32,000 bases of DNA, from the NCBI GenBank assembly GCA_029861345.1, contig JAOTZM010000002.1:7020-39019 (forward strand), read 5' to 3'. Position 1 is the first letter of the stretch. Every line of letters begins with the position of its first letter. Under the pieces are notes generated by a model. That model was not told the origin of the DNA. It saw nothing but the letters and a program-made list of their open reading frames with translations, and did not search any database. The DNA comes from Nitrosopumilus sp. Lineage in GTDB: Archaea; Thermoproteota; Nitrososphaeria; Nitrososphaerales; Nitrosopumilaceae. Shown here piece by piece: positions 25,859 to 32,000 of the stretch. Both the position numbers and the translations under genes were made by a program.

Positions 25859-25999
25859 ATGACCAGACGTGTTACAATAATGATTGATGAAGAATTAGAT
25901 AAAAAAATCAGATGGTATCAGGCAAAAAAAATACAAAAAGAAAACACATCATATAGTTACTCAAGGGCTATTAATGAAATACTAAAAAAAGTCATCTAA
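25859..25999 (+). CDS. small ribbon-helix-helix (CopG-like) protein, 46 aa (below the ORF-track size cutoff)
   Basis: Manual translation gives MTRRVTIMIDEELDKKIRWYQAKKIQKENTSYSYSRAINEILKKVI. It has an RHH layout and aligns with the 21294-21446 product (R.T...D......R..QAK.I.....S.S.S...N). Confidence 0.5.
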   Translation: MTRRVTIMIDEELDKKIRWYQAKKIQKENTSYSYSRAINEILKKVI

Positions 26000-26228
26000 A
26001 TTACAAAAATATATTTTCAGCAAAAACCACTTATCTTTGTTAATTGGCTAGATTGAGAAATATATTGAATACTCAACGTTTTGTCTCAGATAATTAAACG
26101 GTTTGATGTCTGAGATAAAACTGCTGGATGCCAATTGACAATACAAACTCTTCTTAGAGCTAACAAATGTTGAGTAAAATATGTATGAAAATAATAAAAC
26201 TCATAATCAACTATGATAAGAACCGAAT

Positions 26229-26522
26229 ATGGCAATAGAAGAAGAATTTAGGCAGATGATTGAAAGATTAGTCAAAAGACAGATTGAATTTATAAAAAAT
26301 AATAGTCCTGAAGAATTTCATAGAGCATCTAAAATATCAAAATATGAAAATCATGTAGATTTTTGGCACGGATATAATCTAGGGTATTTGAATGGACAAA
26401 TAATTCAGATGTTTCAAAACATCTACAATAAAGAACCAACATCTGATGAATATTTTGAGATTGAAGAGATTTTTCAGATATATGAAAAAGAAATTATTGA
26501 TGCGGTTAAATCTACAGAATAG
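26229..26522 (+). CDS. hypothetical protein (97 aa, helical, acidic)
   Basis: ORF track. No motif recognised. Convergent with the TIR-like gene. Confidence 0.45.
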   Translation: MAIEEEFRQMIERLVKRQIEFIKNNSPEEFHRASKISKYENHVDFWHGYNLGYLNGQIIQMFQNIYNKEPTSDEYFEIEEIFQIYEKEIIDAVKSTE

Positions 26523-26707
26523 AGTTTCCAATAGTTTTTTCTATGAATTCATCACTATAAAGACATGGGAAAATTCTGGCAAAATTCTAGAATAAGACAA
26601 GAAGGTAATAGTGAATTAGAGAATTATTCAACTAAAACAAGATAAAGATTAACATCCTATCTAAGATTATGAAGAGAAAAGCCCATAATAATTCTTAATA
26701 TGTTCAA

Positions 26708-27514
26708 TTATTTAGAAATAATTTTTGATTCAAGTAATTCATTTTTTATGTCTAAGAAGATTTCTTTTACAGAATTTTTGAACGGAATATCTACTAAACC
26801 ATGTAGATCCGACGGCAACAAAGGTTTTCCCTTTCTAATACAACAAACATTATTTCTTCCAAGTTTCCCAATAAAGTAACCTAGTTCAAGAATGACATTT
26901 TCTCTAGCACGAGGTTTTGGTTTTGCTGATATTTTATCGAGATTGCCCATATCATCAGGAGTTAAAATCACAAAAGCATATCGTACATCAAGTGAACTTT
27001 TCTCAAATTTTTCAATAACTGTTCTACTTTGATTAGGTTTATCCATTAGAATAATTGGATCTAGATTAAATTCATTCTTTAATAATAAAACTAATTCATC
27101 ACGAATCTTCAAGTCACGGCCATGTACTACAAACACTTTTCGGGATTTAATATTTCCAAATTTCGGTGTTTCTGTCTTTTGTAGACCTTTACGATTGATT
27201 TGATTTATAGCAGATTCAAGAATTCCTTTTGCTTTTTCTAATCCTGATAAATATGCCTCTTGTTTAATTTGAGCCAATTTTTCTTCATAATCTAAACGAG
27301 TAACCATGATAGCTCTACCAGAAGGAGCCCAATCTATGGAAATAAAAAATTCATAAAATTTTGATTCTTTTCCAAAGATCTCAGATAGAACATTTTGCGT
27401 ATCAATAATCCACTTAACATGGTCAGCCGATTTGTTATATTGATGTGTTAAATTCTCTATCTCATTTATTTGCAATTTAATATCTTTAATTGCTGATTTC
27501 GAATCCAAATTCAT
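26708..27514 (-). CDS. helical N-domain fused to a TIR-like nucleotide-binding domain (CAP12/PycTIR-type)
   Basis: The C-terminal blocks KVFVVHGRD / DPIILMDKPNQSRTVIEKFE / RYAFVILTPDDMG / PRARENVILELGYFIGKLGRNNVCCIRKG / LPSDLHGLVDIPF match the pattern of the 'predicted nucleotide-binding protein containing TIR-like domain' family. The N-terminal ~125 aa are coiled-coil-like with no recognised motif. Confidence 0.75.
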   Translation of the reverse strand: MNLDSKSAIKDIKLQINEIENLTHQYNKSADHVKWIIDTQNVLSEIFGKESKFYEFFISIDWAPSGRAIMVTRLDYEEKLAQIKQEAYLSGLEKAKGILESAINQINRKGLQKTETPKFGNIKSRKVFVVHGRDLKIRDELVLLLKNEFNLDPIILMDKPNQSRTVIEKFEKSSLDVRYAFVILTPDDMGNLDKISAKPKPRARENVILELGYFIGKLGRNNVCCIRKGKPLLPSDLHGLVDIPFKNSVKEIFLDIKNELLESKIISK

Positions 27515-27533
27515 TTTTTTTTACATTTTGTTG

Positions 27534-27546
27534 AATAAAATTTTAT
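27534..27546 (-). promoter_or_regulatory. TATA-like box (ATAAAATTTTATT on the minus strand) centred about 26 nt upstream of ATG 27514
   Basis: Read directly. This implies the TIR-like gene has its own promoter and a leaderless transcript. Confidence 0.35.
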
Positions 27547-27588
27547 GTATATCTGATAATGTTGAGGATGAGAGATACTGTGAAATCA

Positions 27589-27600
27589 TTTTTTTTTTTT
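27589..27600. repeat. T12 homopolymer (A12 on the minus strand) in the divergent promoter region
   Basis: Read directly. It is followed immediately by an AT-only 8-bp inverted repeat, TATGAAAA...TTTTCATA. Confidence 0.9.
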
Positions 27601-27811
27601 CATATGAAAACTCTCATTTTTTCATAATCTCCATTAGAATTATGAAAGTAATTCTAGATATTTTGAAGGTTTGAGCCACAGGATTAATTATTGTTTTAAA
27701 AACAGAACAATTACAAGAGAACAGCAGATCTTAATTCAAAAAAAATCACCAAATAATTAAGAAAAATATAGAATTAGATAGTTTTTTAGATCATTTAGTG
27801 CCTGTAAAAAC

Positions 27812-28075
27812 ATGGAATGGTTTACGCACAATAATGAGACAAATGAAGAGGGAGAAGGAGAATTAGAGAACATTTCACCAGAATTAAAGCAAAATCTAGC
27901 AGAATTGGAGTGTGAAGAAGAAATCATGGAAGATAAAGAGGAATTTGGAAGGGTACGAACTAACATGATGAAGGTATTAAGAGCCAAGTATGGCCCCAAT
28001 ACTGCAAACAGGGCGTTAAGTAGAGTCAACAAGAGAATTCAAGAGGGTTATTTCGAGTCAAAAAGTATTTTTTGA
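27812..28075 (+). CDS. hypothetical acidic protein (87 aa)
   Basis: ORF track. Glu-rich N-half and basic C-half. Its stop overlaps the next ORF's start (TTGA). Confidence 0.45.
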   Translation: MEWFTHNNETNEEGEGELENISPELKQNLAELECEEEIMEDKEEFGRVRTNMMKVLRAKYGPNTANRALSRVNKRIQEGYFESKSIF

Positions 28076-28359
28076 TCAACTCAAGTCTATACAACATTAT
28101 GGGTAGAACCATATTCATCAAGGAGTTCATTACCATATCAAAAGAACCTAGACTTTGTCCTACTTGTGAAAAAGAAGACAGGCTAGAAAAGGACATCATC
28201 AGAGAAGAAAGATCAGATGGAAAGACAATTCTCTGTTCACGTTGCGAGGCATTAATTATAGTTACAAACTATAATCTTAAACAAGTGGAATTATCATCAA
28301 GAAGAGATGACACTATTATGCTAAAAGAACCTCATCGGATTAGAAAGGTGACATACTAA
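28072..28359 (+). CDS. zinc-ribbon protein (95 aa; TTG start, or ATG at 28099)
   Basis: Two CxxC pairs, CPTCEKE ... CSRCEALI, spaced 23 residues apart. Confidence 0.5.
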   Translation: MINSSLYNIMGRTIFIKEFITISKEPRLCPTCEKEDRLEKDIIREERSDGKTILCSRCEALIIVTNYNLKQVELSSRRDDTIMLKEPHRIRKVTY

Positions 28360-28625
28360 TCCTCAGATTTTGCAAGTAATTCTTGGATAACGTAACTTCG
28401 AACGTTTGCAACCTCCCAATCTCTTAGATTTGCATTTATACATTCTTCTTTAATTATGAGGCCTGCCAGACCATTGCTCCAGATGTGACGTTTTGGATCA
28501 TATACTTCAATAATCTTTCCATGCTTCTTAATCTTAATTGCTCCATGACACCGTTCAATTACTTGTAATGCAATTTTGTGGTAGAGTTTCTCAAAGTTTA
28601 CCATACTACAAAGCCATTTGTTCAC
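28356..28625 (-). CDS. hypothetical protein (89 aa)
   Basis: ORF track. No motif recognised. The 3' end overlaps the convergent zinc-ribbon gene by 4 nt. Confidence 0.4.
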   Translation of the reverse strand: MNKWLCSMVNFEKLYHKIALQVIERCHGAIKIKKHGKIIEVYDPKRHIWSNGLAGLIIKEECINANLRDWEVANVRSYVIQELLAKSED

Positions 28626-28929
28626 ATCAAAAAGGTTCTGATTTTATGTGTGGAATAATAATATATCATAGAATTCACAACTAGAATTGCTGATGATTAA
28701 TCAAAAAAGCTATAACTGATTGGTGATGAGTTTGCCGAATTATGAAGCATGTTTTAAAATTTAAAACAAAATCAAAAATTTTTTCATCTGTGATCATAGG
28801 GGATTATTTTTTAGTTTAGTGAGATATCGAGAGTTTTATTTTCAAAAGATGCCTCTCCTAGTTGTATGTAAGAGTAAATGCTAGAAATTTCATAACGAGT
28901 ATTAAGGTGGGAATTATTTTATCAAGATA

Positions 28930-29127
28930 TTGAATGAATTACCTGAGAAATTTCCAGAATATTCTATAATGTATAAGACAATTTCAAAACAAATCAAAGT
29001 ATTAGAAAAAAGAAAGGAAGAGTCTAAAGGAAATGAGAAAGAAGAAATCCAATCAAAGATTCAGAGTTACCAAAATGAATTAAATAAAATTAAGAAAATG
29101 TTTCCAGATAATTTTTTTCGTGAATAA
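28930..29127 (+). CDS. hypothetical Lys/Glu-rich coiled-coil micro-protein (65 aa, TTG start)
   Basis: ORF track only. The composition is close to that expected from AT-rich sequence. Confidence 0.3.
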   Translation: MNELPEKFPEYSIMYKTISKQIKVLEKRKEESKGNEKEEIQSKIQSYQNELNKIKKMFPDNFFRE

Positions 29128-29133
29128 AATTAA

Positions 29134-29346
29134 TTACTCATGGCTATGGCCACAATCACATTGATGATCATGACCATCAAATGATGTTAATTTTTCTACC
29201 ATCTCATCACGGATTTTAAGCAAATCTCCAACTTGTTGTTTCATAGTTTCTGAATCCCAATTTCTTTGATGGAGAACCCTTACAATGTCAATGATTTCAA
29301 GGTCCACGTTTAACAGATTGTCCATTAGTTCTTCTTGTTCATTCAT
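29134..29346 (-). CDS. small helical protein with His/Cys-rich C-terminal tail
   Basis: The C-terminus DGHDHQCDCGHSHE has 5 His and 2 Cys in 14 residues. The 55-aa body is acidic and helical. Confidence 0.5.
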   Translation of the reverse strand: MNEQEELMDNLLNVDLEIIDIVRVLHQRNWDSETMKQQVGDLLKIRDEMVEKLTSFDGHDHQCDCGHSHE

Positions 29347-29405
29347 AATAGTTTACAAATACGCTCTGAAAAAAACTAATCTATTAAAAATGCAATATAC
29401 AAAAT

Positions 29406-29843
29406 CTATGCTTCCATAGGCTCTTTGAGTAGATTCTTTCGAACAAGAATTGGAATATTATAATACGCACCAAGGGCCATAGCATCAGATGCACGATAGT
29501 TCCTCAGTACAAGGTCCTTCTTTCCTGTAAAGTACAGATTTGCTCTTAATACTTCACCGCTCTCATAGATTTTTACTTTAACTAGGACCAATTCATTTTG
29601 CTCACAAATCTCTTCAATCATTTTGTAGATGGATGGTGCTGATTCGCCTTCGGTTTCACCAAAACTTGAGATATGTCTTGCAACTTCACCAGAAAATGCT
29701 CTCATGTGAAACTCTTTTCCATCATCAGCCCTAAGAACAACCATACCTTCAACTGCATAGGGATCGACAAATCCAACGTAATCTATCTTGACTGAGTCAT
29801 AATCAGGCTCTTGTGCTTGATCAATATCCATCGTATTACGCAT
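29406..29843 (-). CDS. bifunctional nuclease (BFN/DUF151) family protein
   Basis: The pattern VVLRADDGKEFHMRAFSGEVARHISS ... PSIYKMIEEICEQNELVLVKVKIY...EVLRANLYF ... LRNYRASDAMALGAYYNIPILV fits the DUF151 nuclease family. Confidence 0.75.
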   Translation of the reverse strand: MRNTMDIDQAQEPDYDSVKIDYVGFVDPYAVEGMVVLRADDGKEFHMRAFSGEVARHISSFGETEGESAPSIYKMIEEICEQNELVLVKVKIYESGEVLRANLYFTGKKDLVLRNYRASDAMALGAYYNIPILVRKNLLKEPMEA

Positions 29844-29951
29844 AAACTTCCGATTTAGTGCTTATAAAGATAGCAAAAATTTGAGATCAGTTTACAAGAA
29901 TATTCAAGATGAACTATTTTTTAACGATCAAAGATGAGGCGTAACCCCAAA

Positions 29952-29961
29952 TTATTTAAAA
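29952..29961 (+). promoter_or_regulatory. TATA-like box (TTATTTAAAA) centred about 27 nt upstream of the second in-frame ATG (29983) of the CBS-TrkH gene
   Basis: Read directly. The box is only 10-19 nt from ATG 29971, so the real, leaderless start may be M5 at 29983. Confidence 0.35.
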
Positions 29962-29970
29962 TCCACAACT

Positions 29971-31800
29971 ATGGGTAGCTTAATGTCAACAAACCCCGAA
30001 CGGGCTGTATCATATGTTCTAAGTAAGTATGTCACAGAATACATGGACAAGGATGTACTGATCCTTAATCAAGAGACACTAACTAGAGAAGCAGCCAGAA
30101 TGTTACGCCACTATGAAACAGATGACATTGTTGTTACAGATGAAAATAGCCTTCCAGTGGGCATTGTCACAGATGAAGACATTCTAAGTAAAGTTAGTGA
30201 CGCTACAGTTTACGCCGAAACTACCACCCTAAAGGACATCATGAGCACTCCGCTTGTTACAATCAATGAAAAAGCAACATTGCAGGATGCTTTGCATAAA
30301 ATGAGAGATAATAACATTAGAAAACTGCCAGTAATTTCAAAGAAAAATCTAGTCATAGGTATGATCTTTCAGACCAATATTGCAAATGCAATAAGAAATG
30401 CAACTGCTACTGCTCCACGACTCTTAAGCCCACCTGTAAAGGCAGTTCTCGGCAATCTTGGTTTTGTGTTACAGTTTGCAGGAGTATTATTACTTGTACC
30501 TGCTATTGTTGCTACAGTTTTAGAAGATCCAATTATTGCTACTGGAATTTATCTTACTACGGTTTTATTACTTGTTACAGGATTTTTTCTAAACTCTTAT
30601 GGCGAAAAATCTAGTCTTAATTTACAACAAGCATCTATTCTGGTCTTCTCCAGTCTGTTTTTGTTATCTCTGTTTGGAACTGTACCATATCTGTATGTTT
30701 TTCCAAGTGAAGAAACCAGTGTTGAGGTATTTGGAAATGCGTTCTTTTCAAGTGCTGCAGGATTTACAACTGGAGGGATATCTCTATTTGATGAGCCCGA
30801 GAAACTTTCTCAGAGTTTCACCTTCTATCGTAGTTACACACAGCTTGTAGGAGGCATGAGTTTCATTTATTTGGTAATTACTGCCTTTTATCCAGAGTCA
30901 AAACTGCAATCCATGCGCGGTTTCATATCTGGAAGGACACTTCACATGAAGGAACTTTTTTTGACCATTACCGTCATCTTTGCAGTATACATTGTAATTG
31001 TTGCAACGTTATTGTATTTCTTAGGTGAATCAGAGAATATACTAGATGACTTTTCATTGGCTATGAGCACTCTAGCTACAGGAGGATTCATACCCACATC
31101 AACAATTCTTGACGGACTACTCTGGCAAGAACATGTAATTTTAATGGGAGCAATGATACTTGGTGCATTGCCATTTACATTTCATTATGCATTTGTCAGA
31201 AAAAAATTCCTTGCACCAAAGCTCGGAAAGGAGGTTTTGACATACTTTGCCATTTTAGGTAGTGCTACTATTTTGTTTATGGTAATCAGTGAACTAGAGC
31301 CCTTGGAGAGTGCATTTTATTCCATATCAGCTAGTACCACCGCAGGACTCCAACAAGAAAGTCTAGCAGGACTAAATGGAGGGGCTCATACTATTTTGAT
31401 AATTTTGATGTTTATTGGAGGATGTGGGTTCTCAACTGCAGGGGGTTTGAAAATATTTAGATTATTCCATTTGAAAGATTGCAGATCTCTCTTTAGTAAA
31501 GTAAAAAGAGGTACGCTATCAAACCAAACAAAAAAAGAAGTTATATCAACTTTGATTATTATCATACTATTTCCAACAATCTCGGCCATTACAGGATTGC
31601 ACCTTGCAGCATCAGAAAATGTCCCATATCAAGATGCGTTCTTTGAGGCAGCTGGAGTAATCACAACGGGAGGTTTGTCAGCTGGAGTAATTGACTTTGA
31701 TACAGATCCTGCAACAAAAATTGTTCTGGGATTTTTGATGATATTTGGAAGACTGGAAATTATTGCCATTATCTACATCTTTGTTCCCAAACTTAGCTAG
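29971..31800 (+). CDS. TrkH/KtrB-family cation (K+) transporter with an N-terminal CBS-pair domain
   Basis: The N-terminal ~140 aa contain two CBS motifs (IVVTDENSLPVGIVTDEDIL; IRKLPVISKKNLVIGMIFQTNI). The membrane part has four P-loop-like selectivity motifs (GFTTGGISLF, LATGGFIPTS, STTAGLQQ, ITTGGLSAG), as in TrkH/KtrB. Confidence 0.85.
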   Translation: MGSLMSTNPERAVSYVLSKYVTEYMDKDVLILNQETLTREAARMLRHYETDDIVVTDENSLPVGIVTDEDILSKVSDATVYAETTTLKDIMSTPLVTINEKATLQDALHKMRDNNIRKLPVISKKNLVIGMIFQTNIANAIRNATATAPRLLSPPVKAVLGNLGFVLQFAGVLLLVPAIVATVLEDPIIATGIYLTTVLLLVTGFFLNSYGEKSSLNLQQASILVFSSLFLLSLFGTVPYLYVFPSEETSVEVFGNAFFSSAAGFTTGGISLFDEPEKLSQSFTFYRSYTQLVGGMSFIYLVITAFYPESKLQSMRGFISGRTLHMKELFLTITVIFAVYIVIVATLLYFLGESENILDDFSLAMSTLATGGFIPTSTILDGLLWQEHVILMGAMILGALPFTFHYAFVRKKFLAPKLGKEVLTYFAILGSATILFMVISELEPLESAFYSISASTTAGLQQESLAGLNGGAHTILIILMFIGGCGFSTAGGLKIFRLFHLKDCRSLFSKVKRGTLSNQTKKEVISTLIIIILFPTISAITGLHLAASENVPYQDAFFEAAGVITTGGLSAGVIDFDTDPATKIVLGFLMIFGRLEIIAIIYIFVPKLS

Positions 31801-31835
31801 ATAGAATTTAATTTCATAGAGAAAAGATCTAGAAT

Positions 31836-32000
31836 ATGAAAGAGGAATCAGAAAAGAGTGTAAATAGTGGAAAAAGACTGATAGTTTTGGGATTTATTAC
31901 TATTGGAGTTCTGTTTTTACTTTATAGTAGATATCAAGATTCAGAACTGCTTACGCCTAGTGCAATTGATTCCATTCAGAGAATCGCGTATGGGTTTTAC
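31836..32000 (+). CDS. partial ORF (5' end), probable membrane-anchored protein, continues beyond the window
   Basis: Manual translation gives MKEESEKSVNSGKRLIVLGFITIGVLFLLYSRYQ... The frame is open to the window edge and carries one TM-like segment. Confidence 0.4.
   Translation, partial: MKEESEKSVNSGKRLIVLGFITIGVLFLLYSRYQDSELLTPSAIDSIQRIAYGFY

Noticed and set aside
25599-26112. Similarity between TCTCAGATggTTAAAC..TCTGA in the RNA-like element and TCTCAGATaaTTAAAC...TCTGA at 26083-26112, considered as direct att-type repeats flanking the RHH gene.
   Set aside because: The match is 14/16 nt. For that many pairwise comparisons in AT-rich sequence, the number of matches expected by chance is of order one. 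No longer flanking identity was found.
12278-27514. The cyclase-like gene (12278-12961) plus the TIR-like gene (26708-27514) as a split Pycsar-type cyclic-nucleotide defence system.
   Set aside because: The genes are about 14 kb apart with many housekeeping genes between them. The TIR-like protein has a helical N-domain with no CAP-type cNMP-binding motifs. Known Pycsar pairs are adjacent. I kept them as separate observations.
28691-28745. C/D-box sRNA-like arrangement: TGATGA (28691-96), CTGA (28716-19), TGATGA (28724-29), then ATGA 12 nt later.
   Set aside because: The first spacer is 19 nt instead of about 12. The terminal D box would be AUGA rather than CUGA. The terminal stem is at best 3 bp. 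This is too weak to call.
1892-31589. Antisense or overlapping ORFs from the track inside well-supported genes (1892-2101, 3943-4161, 4999-5211, 6086-6271, 8037-8267, 8775-9014, 11536-11730, 12643-12930, 13832-14041, 15869-16051, 17481-17765, 17710-17910, 18307-18498, 19175-19366, 22600-22824, 22831-23052, 23610-23831, 27757-28032, 30599-30850, 31386-31589).
   Set aside because: Each is fully nested in or antisense to a gene with clear family motifs. Their composition is low-complexity or biased, and none carries a motif of its own. I treated them as shadow ORFs.
1-32000. CRISPR arrays, rRNA genes, canonical tRNAs, integrases, transposases and IS elements.
   Set aside because: I looked for spaced direct repeats, rRNA-like GC-rich blocks and recombinase-like ORFs on both strands. 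None was found. The only tandem repeat is the coding 15/45-nt array at 2385-3140.

Overview
AT-rich archaeal chromosomal window. The gene content includes archaeal-type PurP, split PurS/PurQ/PurL, TatAC, several exported copper and metallo-proteins, and TATA-like boxes centred about 27 nt upstream of start codons. By inference this points to an ammonia-oxidising thaumarchaeon (Nitrosopumilus-like). The backbone is a dispersed purine-biosynthesis set: purC (1253-2077), purF-purL-purQ (15601-19869, with overlapping stops and starts), purS (20461-20721) and purP (24353-25444). It also carries tatC-tatA, ubiX plus an SRPBCC gene, a VOC/PhnB-like gene and a DUF427 gene. Parts worth a second look: (1) a 25.45-29.4 kb block of small ORFans that begins at a GC-rich structured-RNA-like element and holds a monocistronic gene fusing a helical N-domain to a CAP12/PycTIR-type TIR-like domain, a candidate single-gene defence effector; (2) a protein of about 43 tandem G-[YF]-[DN]-x-x pentapeptide units with near-perfect 45-nt higher-order DNA repeats; (3) a standalone class III nucleotide-cyclase-like protein; (4) a divergent pair of Roadblock/LC7-like paralogues; (5) CBS-TrkH and HD-GNAT domain fusions; (6) an exported MBL / PepSY-like / ceruloplasmin-like two-domain multicopper oxidase cluster whose members share short N-terminal Cys modules with another exported protein. 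I recognised no rRNA, canonical tRNA, CRISPR array, integrase or transposase. All functional calls rest on motifs read from the translations, and no database search was run.
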